Below, piece by piece: positions 11,699-26,105 of a stretch of DNA of 64,000 bases. Both the position numbers and the translations under genes were made by a program. The stretch is from the NCBI RefSeq assembly GCF_001194135.2, contig NC_068986.1, positions 88,923,895 through 88,987,894 of the forward strand, read 5' to 3'. The DNA is from Octopus bimaculoides (lineage: Eukaryota). Position 1 is the stretch's first letter. Each line of letters opens with the position of its first letter. The notes below the pieces were generated by a model, which made no database searches, had not been told where the DNA came from, and saw nothing but the letters and a program-made list of their open reading frames with translations.

Positions 11699-13397
11699 TA
11701 TATATTTAAAAAATGCAAAAACCTAATTGTTTTATTTCGTTTATTCGTACTTATATCAAACGGAAGCGTTGCGTATTTCTGCCCCTCCCTCCATTTGAAT
11801 CCCAACGTGTTGTAAGGGAGGTGAATTGGATAAATGGTGGTGTAGTGAACTGCGATGGGGCGTGGTGTGGAAGGTTGGGTTAGGATGGAGTAGGGCGCAT
11901 CTAGTGATGTGAGTGAGTTGAGGTTAATGAGTGGGGTAACTGTGACAACATTAAATACATTATGCGGAAATAATGAAGAAAGTAGCAGTAGTAGTAGTAG
12001 TAGTAGTAGTGGTAGTAGTAGTAGTAGTAGTAAGTGTTGCTATTGTTGCTGTTGTAGAAGAAGAAGAAGAAGAAGAAGAAGAAGCTGAGGCTGATGATGA
12101 AAATAAAGAAGACAAGAAAAATCGATAATAAAGTTGATGACGAAGATGATGGTGATGATGTCCGTGATGATGATAATGATGATGCTGAAGAGGAAGAGGG
12201 AGAGGTGGAGCAGGAGCAGGAGGAGATGGGACGGTTTGATAATGTGCCACTGACGATAATATTGATGTTGATGATAAAGTTAAGGGTTGTATACCAACTG
12301 ATGATAATGTCGATGTTCTATGAAACGACGACGACGATGGTGACGACGCTGTATTGTTGGTAATGTGGCGACGTAGGTGGCGCTGACGGTAATTACAATT
12401 GATGTCGTGGTAGTCTTAATTATAACGGTGTTAGTGTTGTTAATGGCGGTTTTACTGATTACGTTGATGATGGTGATGATGGTGATGATAGGTACAAGTG
12501 ATGAGGATAATAATGATGATTATTGTGATGCTGGTTATGGTGTTCGTTATGACTGTACTGGAAATCATGAAGACGTCGATGATGATGATGATGAGGAGGA
12601 GGAGGAGGAGGAGGAGAAGAAGGAGCACGACGTTAATTAGGCTTCTGTGTGTTTGTGGAGGGGGGAACTGGTAATTCTGGAGCTTGTAGCAATCTTGTAG
12701 ACGATTGTGGTGGTGGTGGTGGTGGTGGTAGTGGTGATGGTGATGATAATGATAATGAAGTAGTGAGACAAAAAAAAATATTGAGAGGTATTAGAAGAAA
12801 GACGAGACGGAAATGAAGGTAAGGGGGGNNNNNNNNNNNNNNNNNNNNNNNNNNNNNNNNNNNNNNNNNNNNNNNNNNNNNNNNNNNNNNNNNNNNNNNN
12901 NNNNNNNNNNNNNNNNNNNNNNNNNNNNNNNNNNNNNNNNNNNNNNNNNNNNNNNNNNNNNNNNNNNNNNNNNNNNNNNNNNNNNNNNNNNNNNNNNNNN
13001 NNNNNNNNNNNNNNNNNNNNNNNNNNNNNNNNNNNNNNNNNNNNNNNNNNNNNNNNNNNNNNNNNNNNNNNNNNNNNNNNNNNNNNNNNNNNNNNNNNNN
13101 NNNNNNNNNNNNNNNNNNNNNNNNNNNNNNNNNNNNNNNNNNNNNNNNNNNNNNNNNNNNNNNNNNNNNNNNNNNNNNNNNNNNNNNNNNNNNNNNNNNN
13201 NNNNNNNNNNNNNNNNNNNNNNNNNNNNNNNNNNNNNNNNNNNNNNNNNNNNNNNNNNNNNNNNNNNNNNNNNNNNNNNNNNNNNNNNNNNNNNNNNNNN
13301 NNNNNNNNNNNNNNNNNNNNNNNNNNNNNNNNNNNNNNNNNNNNNNNNNNNNNNNNNNNNNNNNNNNNNNNNNNNNNNNNNNNNNNNNNNNNNNNNN

Positions 13398-13484
<87 letters not shown>

Positions 13485-14746
13485 ATGTAACTGTATATGT
13501 ATTAGCATCTGTAAGTGTGCATATGCACGTATAAATTATATGTTGCATGCTAACATGAGCACCCCGGGATAGAAAGAGAAAGAAAATATTGATTATAGTT
13601 TGCGGTTTATAAATGCGTTTGAAATAGTAGAGAAAACAACAAATGTGTAGAAACTCTAAAACAGAAAATTACGGATGAGTAATTATATGATTATTTACAC
13701 AAACAATTGAATGAATAATTATCATATATATAATTTGAGGAAGCCGAGGAATCATTTTTAGTTGGAAAGGATTTCTTCAATCGTGAGGTAAAATGCATCT
13801 GTACAAAGAAATGTCCCATGTTCTAAAGCTTAGCTTTCGCAATCAAGAGAGCATAACGTAGTAGCTAATTGCTTTACATGTCTGATTAGTTTCGATCACA
13901 CACAGACACTCTTTTGGCTCCCCCAGTGTGCCAGTTGGAGAGAGAGAGAGGTGTAACAGCTTTTCAGCCCTGGGCTGGTACTCATTTACATTAGGATATA
14001 AGGTTATAAAAGCGAGTAATGAAGTTCACTGCTCAAGGGTGCAATGGCTCCATCAGAAATTGAACACACGGCATTATAATTGTGAGCGCAACACTTCCTG
14101 TTCCTTGTACAAGTGTTCAAAAGTAACATTGACTTGTAAAAATATTTGCAGCTCAAATGCACTGAATAAATTACTTATATTTCCAGGACAACTAGTATTA
14201 TTTAATATTCATATATTCACTACAAATTCCACAAGACTTCACACAATTCATTAAACTATTTCATGATTTTAATCTTCGTCTATTTGGCGGCATTGTTTTT
14301 TATAAATAATGTATATAATAACTTTGTTGAATTCATTTGTTATTCCAAGGCATTTCTTAATTACTACTATTTAGATAAAATGATATTACTATCATAAGTA
14401 ACTTGTAGAGTATAAGCAATTGTGAATATGATTGCAAATTTTCATCTGAAAGCTATCACGCGAGATATATTCAGAATAGATCATCATATCAAAGTTTTTA
14501 AGTCATTCCGATATTAAAACTTGCATCGAAACCAGGGGTTCAGAGCTCCTCCCAGAACACATAAGATTTATTTGGTATGTTCTTGTCCGTTTGTCCTGAT
14601 GTATCGACTCAAGTTCTTACTTCAAATATGATGCCGACCAGAACAAACATTTGCATCAATTTCCAAAGAATTATCGCCGAAGTGCCGTACTATCGACCAT
14701 TGACTAAGTGCTATATATATATATGTACGAACGAGTATATGTGTGA

Positions 14747-14797
<51 letters not shown>

Positions 14798-16288
14798 CGT
14801 GTGTGTGTGTGTCTAATTATATACACATATAATCCTGGATGTTAGCTCTAATCTCTTGGCAGTTTTAACACTAGTACCTTCTAGTATAGATGTTTTTAGG
14901 TGTGTACACACCGTTGAAAGCATTCAAGCCAGGTCCCCACTTTCAGGTTTCCTCCGTCCCTGCCACTCAGTAGTCTTAGACTTATTTGTAAAGGTTCATT
15001 GTTACTACCTTCCTCCTGAATGAAAGATTATAGAAATAAAGAAAGAAACATGGGTAATTAACAAGATACGACCCAACTTGATAGAGTATAACAGAATTAA
15101 AAGTCGAAGCTGAACATTTGTTTCGCACAAGGCAGATAACAGTCCCCTGACAACACGAGGTTTTACAACAATTTGAACTTTGGATTTGAAATTTTGGAAT
15201 ACGAATACGCACAGGATTCGTAATGGAATTTTATTGTTATTTATTACAATGTTCTTAAAAATGTTGGTTGGCGGTTATCATATATAACACGATTTCATCC
15301 TTTCTAGATATCTTGCTGCATGACACAGCGGGGAACTTATTATTTAGATATATTTCGAATTGAGACATAACATTAAAAACAGAGATGAAATTATTTGCAT
15401 TTCAACCTAAAAAGAGAACAAAAATAATCAACGTATCAAGTATAATATTGTGATGTTGTTTATAAATTTAGATATGTTTAGGCGATGTTGTTTATAAATT
15501 TAAACGTATCACCTATGCCCATGTACAGTAACTGAATGAGGTTTATTCGGCGCAAATATTTCTCACTTGACATCCTTGAGTTTCATGAATCTCCGTAGTT
15601 TAGACACTCTTTATCTCCCCTTTTCAGCGTAAAAGATTCAACACACTCTTTATCTCCCCTTTGCTGTGTAAAAGATTTCAATCACTAACTGAGCTTTTTT
15701 CAAAGTCCATGCACACGCGATAAACACTCGTCAAGTAAACGAATGTCTCTGCCTTTGATATTGTTGTTTGTTTGTTTTATTAGTTTTTGTTGTCTTTGTC
15801 GTACTGTTATTGCTGTTACTGTAGTTGGTTTTGTTGTTGCAGTATTGGTGATGGTGATGCCTTTGTGGTTGCAGTTATTGTTGCAGTGGTTACTTATTTT
15901 GTTGCTGTTTTCTAAGTTGCTGCTGTGGTCGTTGTTGTGACGCGCCATCTTTTCAGCCTACGCTGTGTCCTCCAGTTGACTTCAAAACTAGACACCTGCT
16001 GGATGTTACTGCAACCGTCTCCACATTCTATTTTACTTGGGAGTATGCTTCGTATACGGCGGCGAATGTTACGATAGCGTTAATGGGATTATAAGATTGA
16101 TGGTGTTTGCGTAGGCGGAGGCGGCGACGGTGGCGGCGGCGGCGACGACGGTGACGGTATCGACGGCAGCAGCGGTGGTGAGGGTGGTGAGGGTGGTGAG
16201 GGTGATGAGGGTGGTAGCTGCGGTGGTGGTGGTGGTGGTGGTGGCTGCGGTGATGGTGGCAGCAGCAGCAGCAGCAGCAGCAGAAGCG

Positions 16289-16336
<48 letters not shown>

Positions 16337-17811
16337 CNNNNNNNNNNAGTGTGAAACTTGTTGTATCATGCTGTTGGTGTGATGCTAACAGATAGTGGTG
16401 ACGCGGTTTTTGCAGACGGTGGTGAGGGTAGTGGGTTGTATTTGCGGAAAACATTGCCATTCTTTGGAAATATTCTTGCTTTTTGTTCCACTTTGCTATT
16501 TGTTTTTGTTTTTTTTTTTGGGTAAATTTGCTATGTCAATAGAAAAAAAACATGTAAAATGAACGAAATGAAATATATAAGGAACAGCACAGGTGGGATG
16601 TGAAGAGAAAGTAAAGAGGTCGATTTTAATGAGGGATGTAAGTATTAAAAGAATGGGAAAGAGAAGGCACGAGAAGTTAAATGTTGGGTGAATGCGGTAG
16701 TGGTGTGTTATGGGAAAATAAAATCAAAGTGAAAACAACGCAGGGTAGAGGTGAGAGGAAGTATCTGAATGTAAGTAGGAGAGGGAATTAAAAGGAGAAA
16801 TTAAGAGCAATTGTGGTGGAAGATGAGGCGTATATGTATACATACATACATTTATATATATATATATATATAAAAACAAACAGTAAATGAGTATATGCAT
16901 ATATACGTACAGGTATGTGCATACCGACATCCACCTGTATGTATAGGTGCATATCTGGGTACAGGACATTGCAAACAAAACGTAGACAAGAAAACACACA
17001 AGCCACATAGAGAACATTCTTCTTCCTATATATATATATATATATATACACAATGTGAAGAGAGAGAAAAAGAGAGAGATCGTGCATTGTGTGGGCGCAC
17101 GCGCGTGTGTTTGTCTCTGTGTATGCATATATCCACGTGTGTGTATATATNNNNNNNNNNNNNNNNNNNNNNNNNNNNNNNNNNNNNNNNNNNNNNNNNN
17201 NNNNNNNNNNNNNNNNNNNNNNNNNNNNNNNNNNNNNNNNNNNNNNNNNNNNNNNNNNNNNNNNNNNNNNNNNNNNNNNNNNNNNNNNNNNNNNNNNNNN
17301 NNNNNNNNNNNNNNNNNNNNNNNNNNNNNNNNNNNNNNNNNNNNNNNNNNNNNNNNNNNNNNNNNNNNNNNNNNNNNNNNNNNNNNNNNNNNNNNNNNNN
17401 NNNNNNNNNNNNNNNNNNNNNNNNNNNNNNNNNNNNNNNNNNNNNNNNNNNNNNNNNNNNNNNNNNNNNNNNNNNNNNNNNNNNNNNNNNNNNNNNNNNN
17501 NNNNNNNNNNNNNNNNNNNNNNNNNNNNNNNNNNNNNNNNNNNNNNNNNNNNNNNNNNNNNNNNNNNNNNNNNNNNNNNNNNNNNNNNNNNNNNNNNNNN
17601 NNNNNNNNNNNNNNNNNNNNNNNNNNNNNNNNNNNNNNNNNNNNNNNNNNNNNNNNNNNNNNNNNNNNNNNNNNNNNNNNNNNNNNNNNNNNNNNNNNNN
17701 NNNNNNNNNNNNNNNNNNNNNNNNNNNNNTTGTGTGTATGTGTGTTGTGTATTGTTCATATGTTATGTGTGATATAATAGTGTAAACTTATCCTTAAACA
17801 CCCCTCAAAAT

Positions 17812-17897
<86 letters not shown>

Positions 17898-18040
17898 ATA
17901 TGTATATATTTATATATATATACGTATTCAGTTGAAATACGCATATGTATGTAAGTTTATGTATCTATATATATATATGTGTGTGAGCGTGTGTGTGAAT
18001 GTATTATGCATGTGTGCATATATTTGTGCGTGTATGTGTG

Positions 18041-18073
<33 letters not shown>

Positions 18074-18690
18074 ATGTCTATTATGTATATGTACTTTACA
18101 TTGTCATTTTTAATAGGGTTATAAACAATGAGATTACTTCATTAGCGCAGCTGAAGTTTAATGAGTTCTTTTGTTTTCTTTCGTTTATTTTTTTATACGT
18201 AAATAGGTTCATATAAATTGCATATACACGCATACATATAAACTCTAATATAACTGCTTACGCTTAGTCTTATATTGTTAAGCAAATATATACACATATA
18301 GAAAGCGACTCACTGGCGCATGCATACACACAGACACACTAGTAAGTGTCAGATGATGGGTGGTGTACAGAGTGGCGTACACATTACATTTTTTAATTTC
18401 TAGAATTTTCTCTCCGTGTGAGTGTCAGAAAAAAACATTACGGAGAGTAATACAAGCAATTCTCAATATGAAGGCGAAATGCCTTTAAGTGATAACAAAG
18501 ATGAGTTATAAAGTATTATAAAGAACCGTGACCCTTTACTATATGCCATTACACTTGGTTATGTATATAAAGATATACAAGTTTCATAGCAAGGCCGAAA
18601 TACATACAACAGATTGATACATTGTAAGGACATGGAAACAAGCTTTTACAATTCAAGACGGGAGCTGGAAGGCAATTTTACCCCTAGAGT

Positions 18691-19076
18691 TGTTGGCGCT
18701 CCGTCGCTTACGACGACGAGGGTTCCAGTTGATCCGATCAACGGAACAGCCTGCTCGTGAAATCAACGTGCAAGTGGCTGAGCACTCCACAGACACGTGT
18801 ACTCTTAACGTAGTTCTCGGGGATATTCAGCGTGACACAGTTTGACAAGGCTGACCCTTTGAATTACAGGCACAACAGAAACAGGAAGTAAGAGTGAGAG
18901 AAAGTTGTGGTGAAAGTGTACAGCAGGGTTCGCCACCATCCCTTCCGGAGCCTCGTGGAGTTTTTAGGTGTTTTGGCTCAATAAACACTGACAACGCCCA
19001 GTCTGGGAATCGAAACCGCGATCCTATGACCGCGAGTCCGCTACCCTAACCACTGGGTCATTGCGCCTCCACACCT
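18691..19076 (-). mobile_element. tRNA-derived SINE (family D) with TSD
   Basis: Reverse complement of 19600-19980 and 38330-38705. CTAGAGT is duplicated at 18684-18690 and 19077-19083. Confidence 0.9.
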
Positions 19077-19269
19077 CTAGAGTATTTGAATAAAAAATAG
19101 AAAAGAAATTACTAAACAGCGCATCGCGTTTACTCCGCCAATCCAAGATTCTCCAGCTTGTCAATCTACAGTATTAGCCATAGATATATTTCACATCTGC
19201 AATGTATATTACGGGTACATTGATATGCTATGCGTGTATCTTTCATCTTTTATTTTTTACGGGCTCCAC

Positions 19270-20052
19270 TCATTGGAATAGGACCTTGTTGAGACACAAC
19301 CTTGAATTGCTTTAGTCAAACAAATCGGCACAAGTACTTATTTTAAATGAGGCACTTATTCAATCGTTTATTTATTTATTTATTTATTTATTGTCGAAGC
19401 GTTCGGTTGTGGGAAAGTATGCAAACTAATACAGGATGTTAACGGGTAGTAGGGGACAAACACAAACACATAAACATATACATACACACTCATGTCTAGA
19501 CATAATGTACAGACATGCATACGACGGGTTTCACACAGTTTTCGTGTACCAAATTCACGCACAAGGCATCGGTTTAGGCCGGGGTCTATAATGAAAGACG
19601 GAGGCACACTAGCCCAGTGGTTAGGGCAGCGGACTCGTGGTCATAGGATCGCGGTTTCGATTCCCAGACCGGACGTTGTGAGTGTTTATTGAGCGAAAAC
19701 ACATAAAGCTCCACTAGGCTCCGGCAGGGGATGGTGGCGAACCTTGCTGTACTCTTTCACTACGACTTTCTCCCACTCTTTCTTCCTGTTTCTGTTGTAC
19801 CTGAATTTCAAATGGCCAGCCTTGCCACACTGTGTCACGCTGAATCTCCCCGAGAACTACGTGATGGGTACACGTGTCTGTGGAGTGCTCAGCCACTTGC
19901 ATATTAATTTCTGTTGATCGGATCAACTGAAATCCTCGACGTCGTAAGCGATGGAGTGCCAACACACACACACACACAACATAATGAAAGACACTTGTCT
20001 TATGTGCTACGCAGTGGGTCTGAGCCTCAATCCACTTGGTTGCAAGCGAATT
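19270..20052 (-). mobile_element. CORE-type SINE (family E), diverged, split by a family-D insertion
   Basis: The CORE-like reverse complement GAAAGAC|ACTTGTCTTATGTGCTACGCAGTGGGTCTGAGCC is split at 19599/19993. Similar to 62791-63093. Confidence 0.65.
19600..19980 (+). mobile_element. tRNA-derived SINE (family D) with 12-bp TSD
   Basis: Head AGCCCAGTGGTTAGGGCAGCGGACTCGTGG...GGTTTCGATTCCC. ATAATGAAAGAC occurs at 19588-19599 and 19981-19992. Confidence 0.92.
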
Positions 20053-20375
20053 TCATAAGTATACAACATCGGCTGTATAACAGTTTACAGACCGTCTCTG
20101 TAATGCGATCGTATATGCCCCAAGAATTGAGCAATCTACTGAATGATTAATTAAGTCTCACAATCACACACATTTACAGATAATATATATAGAAGTTATA
20201 TAAGTTAGGAAAGGAATAGTGGAAAAGTTAGAGGGAAGGAGTAGAATAAAGTATGATGGCACTATAGATTAATAAGAGAAAGAAGAAAATTTTGGAAACA
20301 AAAATGTTGGAATATGCATAATAAATAGTACAAATTAGGTGCATAAATTATTCTTGTATTATTTACATACACAAA

Positions 20376-20814
20376 GGCGGTGAGCTGGCAGAAACATTAG
20401 CAAGCCGGGCGAAATGCTTAGCGGTATTTCGTCTGCCGTTACGCTCTGAGTTCAAATTCCGCCGAGGTTGACTTCGCCTGTCATCCTTTTGCGGGTCGCT
20501 AAATTAAGTACCAGTTACGCACTGGGGTCGATGTAATCAACTTAATTCCTTTGTCTGTCCTTGTTTGTCCCCTCTATGTTGAGCCCCTTGTGGGTAATAA
20601 AGATATAGGAAACGTTAGCACGCCTGGCGAAATGCTTAGCGGTATTTCGTCTGTCTTCATCATGTTCTGAGATCAAATTCCGCCGAGATCCACTACGCCT
20701 TTCATCCATTCGGGGTCGATAAATTAAGTACCAGTTGCGTCCTGGGGTTGATCTAATCGACTGACCCCCTCACCTAAAATTTCGGGCCTTGCTCCTTGAG
20801 TAGAAAAGATTATA
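20376..20814 (+). mobile_element. Dimeric family-A SINE (A1 unit plus A2 unit) with 12-bp TSD
   Basis: Two colinear bodies with different tails are joined at about 20608. TACATACACAAA occurs at 20364-20375 and 20815-20826. Confidence 0.9.
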
Positions 20815-21597
20815 TACATACACAAAAGAGATACTCACACGCACACATGCACGCACATACAAGCACATCGTATATACACATATATATAAATATACATATT
20901 AGTACATACGCACACACACATATGTGTATTTATATGCTACTCTTTCTCTTCTTAATTTAGTGTAAATTTGACCGGCCACCTAGATTTTGAAGGAAAGCAT
21001 CTTGAGTCATCCGTTAAACCTTAAGAGAGCCTTGCAGATTTTTATCGTCCCTCATATCGTGATCATTTGTAGAGTATGAATTAAGGATTTGTATTCTCTC
21101 TACAATATTCCAAGTTCACTCAAACTTTGCTCCAGACGGGTTGGCTTACATGTATCTACGTATGAATGTTTGCATGTATGTATGTGAAGGCGTTTGTGTG
21201 TGTGTCAGTCTGTGTAGTGGGTATTTAAAGATAAATATGCGCATATTTTCAAAGAAACATAAATGTCTATTTAAGAACAGTCATATATAACTATCCCTCC
21301 CCTTTCTCCCCATCTCTCTATTCCACTTCCTATCTCTGTCTCTTCCGAAGTGTGTGTGTGTCTACACACATGCGTATGATACATAATGTGTGTGTACACA
21401 CATTCGCATAAGCAGACATGCATACACACATACCGAAATATACACAAAGCCTCTTGCTTCTACCATAAAATCCGCACTTCTTTTTTTCTGTACCACTAAA
21501 CTGTTATCATTTTTGTATATTTCGTTCTTTATATATTTCACCCACACACAATCTATTATTTATCTATTTATAAATTTTAGCATATATTCGTGTATTT

Positions 21598-21630
21598 AAT
21601 TATTATTATTATCATTATTATTATCATTAC

Positions 21631-21711
<81 letters not shown>

Positions 21712-21753
21712 TATTATCATTACTATTATCATTACTATTATCATTATTATTAC

Positions 21754-21804
<51 letters not shown>

Positions 21805-21810
21805 CATTAC

Positions 21811-21843
<33 letters not shown>

Positions 21844-21910
21844 CATTGTTGTTGCTGTTGTTGTTTTTTGTTGTTGTTGTTGCTGTTGCTGTTGCTGTTG
21901 TTGTTGCCGT
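21598..21910. repeat. (ATT)n / (GTT)n / (GCT)n compound trinucleotide microsatellite
   Basis: Directly visible. It generates the poly-Ile ORFs. Confidence 0.98.
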
Positions 21911-22078
21911 TAATTATTTGTTTACTTTTATTATTGACATACATTTATTTTTATAATTTACATACATATATATATATATATACACACAGATAAATTTCTA
22001 TAGGTACAAATATATACAAATATATGTATATATATCTATATATGTATGTATGTATGTATGTATGCATGTATGTATGCA

Positions 22079-22136
<58 letters not shown>

Positions 22137-22547
22137 AGTGTGTGTGTGTGTATGTATGTATGCATGTATATGTGTGTATGTATGTATGTATGTAGGTATG
22201 TATGTATGTATGCATGTATATGTGTGTATGGTGCGTATATGAGAGTTTATTTATTGATTTACTTATTCATTTCCACCTGTAAATACATGTTGTACTTAGC
22301 GGAAGTGAGAAGAATGTCACAAAGAAAGGAAGGAGGAATGGAAGAAGAGAAGAAAGAAAGAAAGAAAGACAGAAAGAAAGAAAGAAAGAAAGACAGAAAG
22401 ACATAAAGGAAGAAAGAAAGTAAGAGAAAACACAGATTGGAAGGAATCTTATCTTTCTAGCTATGAATAAAACAGTTTATAATGATACGCGTTGTGTGTA
22501 CTTGTTAGCATATATACGCATGTGTATTACATCTGCATATTTATTAA

Positions 22548-22642
<95 letters not shown>

Positions 22643-22871
22643 NNNNNNNNNNNNNNNNNNNNNNNNNNNNNNNNNNNNNNNNNNNNNNNNNNNNNNNNNN
22701 NNNNNNNNNNNNNNNNNNNNNNNNNNNNNNNNNNNNNNNNNNNNNNNNNNNNNNNNNNNNNNNNNNNNNNNNNNNNNNNNNNNNNNNNNNNNNNNNNNNN
22801 NNNNNNNNNNNNNNNNNNNNNNNNNNNNNNNNNNNNNNNNNNNNNNNNNNNNNNNNNNNNNNNNNNNNNNN

Positions 22872-22927
<56 letters not shown>

Positions 22928-23327
22928 CTATGCTTTTTTTTTTTGCCTGTGTGCGTGTGTGTAATTGTCAGAAGAGACACGCAGTTAACGTCAGTTAAAC
23001 GAAACAATGTTCCTGATAAAATCCAAAGCGCATACAAAAAGTATATTGTATGTGAAAGACAATTGCTTCATTCAAATGTTTTGATAATCATTAAATGTCA
23101 GAGTTATATTGTTGTGAGATAGCGGTGTCTGTATAGAAAACTCACTGGGAAATCAACTCACGCACATTCAGTTACATACATACATATCTACACACGCATC
23201 ACGCATGCCCAGATTCACACATGCATGCACCAAATGCACACACGGAGGAGCACACAGACATGCATAATGCAATCACTGACGCGCACCCATATAATAGCAG
23301 ACGTATAAATGTGTATGCATGAGTATA

Positions 23328-23366
<39 letters not shown>

Positions 23367-23967
23367 TTACACACACACACGAACATGTAATAAAGACGTT
23401 CGTTTATGTGTGTTTGTGTGTGTGTATGTGTGTGTGTATACATCAGTATGAACATAATAGTCAGGAGATATGAGTGGCGAATATATATTTATTTAACAAC
23501 ATGATATTCTTAGGGGTTCGGCCGTTTCACAACCTTTTTCATGTAGTATTGATTTCAGTGTGGACGAAATTATGCTTTCATGTTTGCATTGACATGTATG
23601 CTCACCATTATACAATACAACTCTATATTCACAAATCATTGCTAACGTAGAAAGCTAGCTCATCAGATCACCATAACATCATGCTTACAGGAACACTACA
23701 CATGTCTGTATGTATACTTTTATATACATACACACACACATATATATATATATATATGTATGTATGTATATATATACATATACAGCCAGGCGCAATGCGA
23801 TACCGTAAAGGAAAACATTCAGTCGTCACCAATTGTGACTAAGGATGCTGAAGCACATACAATCCTAGAAATAAGTGTTAACATATTCTTAATGATGTAG
23901 GACGAGTGTAAGATGCGTACAACATGCTGACAGGGGAGGTAACTGCCCCATGACCGGCTCGTGGATG

Positions 23968-24015
23968 CTCAGACTAGATCTAGTTTCGCCTATGACTGAA
24001 GGCATCGTTAGTGAA
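23968..24015 (-). ncRNA. Hammerhead ribozyme motif with a G5->A core substitution (probably inactive)
   Basis: Minus strand: TTCA-CTAACGA-T-GCCT(tcagtcat)AGGC-GAAAC-TAGATCTA-GTC-TGAG. Helix III is the perfect palindrome ACTAGATCTAGT, with a GUC site. Confidence 0.6.
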
Positions 24016-24190
24016 GGTTGCTGGAACGGCGCTTGTTCGGCTAATACTGGTAGAGATCCCTCTACTAGTATCTATGTATTAACCATATTAATTTATAGAT
24101 GATTTAGCGAAATACTAATGTGGATACTAAAAATACACAGCGTAACTTGTGAACTCGTGTTGTAAAAACATTGTATAAATTGTATAAATG

Positions 24191-24595
24191 CATATAATTG
24201 CCAACCAAGCGTGGCGTCCCAAACAGGACAGTGCCACTCACTTTTATAGTCCCAGGAATACATCTCCTTCAGCTGGCTAACGACACATATTCTGTGTCCG
24301 ATTAGTATTTGCGAAGGGAGGTCATCGCTCCTATCCCTAGCCTTACGTGATACACACGGATTCGAGTTTCTGAGTGATTACTCGTCCTCAGCGTGTGTTA
24401 ATCACCAGCTAGTGATGAAAACTCACCCAACTCACAAAATACTATATGCTTTTTCGGAAGCGATGACCTCCCTTCGCAAATACTAATCGGACACAGTATG
24501 TGTCGTTAGCCAGCTGGAGGAGATGTCTTCCTGGGGCTATAAAAGTCAGTAGCACTATCCTGTTTGGGACGCCACACTTGATTGACGATTAAATG
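24191..24595. mobile_element. Foldback / MITE-like element with about 135-140 bp terminal inverted repeats
   Basis: 24191-24330 is the reverse complement of 24456-24595 (about 90% by eye), with a spacer of about 125 bp. Confidence 0.8.
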
Positions 24596-25689
24596 TTACT
24601 ATTCCGTATTGCTAATGTTTACATCTCGCTCAGAGATTTTATATAGATTGTATAAATGCTTTATTTTAGTAAACTTTGTTTTTTAACTGTAGTGATTATA
24701 TCCAGTGTTTTATATATTATTCAGTTGTAAAATAACATTAGAATATTTGTAGTGTTATAAATGTTATTTTTATTGGTGTTACAAATACTGTCTTTGCTTT
24801 TGCTGCTGCTGCTACTGCTGCTGTTGTTGTTGTTGCTGTTGTTGTTGTTGTTGTTGCTATTATTGTTGTTGATCTTTTTGACATTGTTTGTTCAAGTGTC
24901 ACATCCTTTGGGGGTAACAAAACTGTGGTATGCTATGTGAGATTGACTCTAAAGTAGCAATAATTACAGGTATCCTCCCTCCTGTCCTTTCTCCCTCATC
25001 CTTTTCACAACCGCTAGCCTCAAAATCACCAACAGAAGCAGCAGTAGCAGCTCTACAATGGCCTCTACCACCACCTCTACTATAGCCACCACCGCCGCGA
25101 CTGCCGCCACTATTCACATTTCTCCTCCGCAGAAAATTAGTAAAACGAAAAGCTACCAGCCTCATCTGAACGACAAACTTCAAAACATGAAAGCTTACGG
25201 ATGAGAAAAAAAAATCACTTCCCAACCATTCTTCCCCCTTTATATTTTACCCTCAACTCTCTATATATATCCCCTGTTATTCCACGCGCCTCAATGACCC
25301 TACGGGCTGTTCTGTTTACGTCTGTCTGCTGCACCCCACCCCTATTTTTTTTCCTGTAGTATGTCATGTGGAAAGAAGAGTCTGTAAGCCCCCTAAGGCC
25401 TATTCCAGACCTTATCTAAGACTCAATATTTGATTTTCTCCTTTCACTGCTTGACCTGACCTCAATAATAAAGGTTAAACGTTTCCTGTTCATGCTTTTG
25501 TTCCGGTTCACTTTGCTGCTGGTGAGCATTTAATTACTGGATCTGAAGCTTCTGCTGCTGCTGATGATACTGCTGCTGATGTAGCTCTTATTATTATTAT
25601 TGTAACTGCTGTTGTTGTTGTTGTTGTTGTTGTTGTCGTTAATGCTATTGCCAGTTTTTACTGTACTTTTCTCATAGTTTAACTGCTCC

Positions 25690-26071
25690 CTTTTGTTTTT
25701 ATTAGTATTATTATTAGTAGTAGTATTATTTGTAGTAGTATTTCTCTTCTTTGAATTATTCCTCTTGCTCTTGTTATTGCTATTATGTTCTTGTTGTTGT
25801 TGTTGTTATTATTATTATCATTATTATTATTGTTGTTGTTGTTGTTGTTTTTATCTTTGTTGTCGTCATCGTCATCATCATCATTCTTCCTCGTCTTCAC
25901 CTTCCTCTTCATCTTCCTCTTCTTCTTCCTCTTCATCTTCCTCTTCTACATCTTCCTCTTCTTCTTCCTCTTCGTCTTCTTCTTCTTCTTCTTCTTCTTC
26001 TTCTTCTTCTTCCACTTCTTCCTCTTTTTCTTCTTCTTCTTTTTCTTCTTCTTCTTCTTCTTCTTATTATT

Positions 26072-26105
<34 letters not shown>

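Noticed and set aside
15920-16370. His/Pro/Arg-rich ORFs and a WRTQRRLKRWR peptide reminiscent of homeodomain helix 3
   Set aside because: This is a trinucleotide mosaic. The peptide lacks WFQNRR and the rest of the fold.
24971-25204. Open Ser/Thr/Ala-rich plus-strand frame after TTACAG|G
   Set aside because: Openness is explained by a degenerate trinucleotide mosaic, and there is no family signal.
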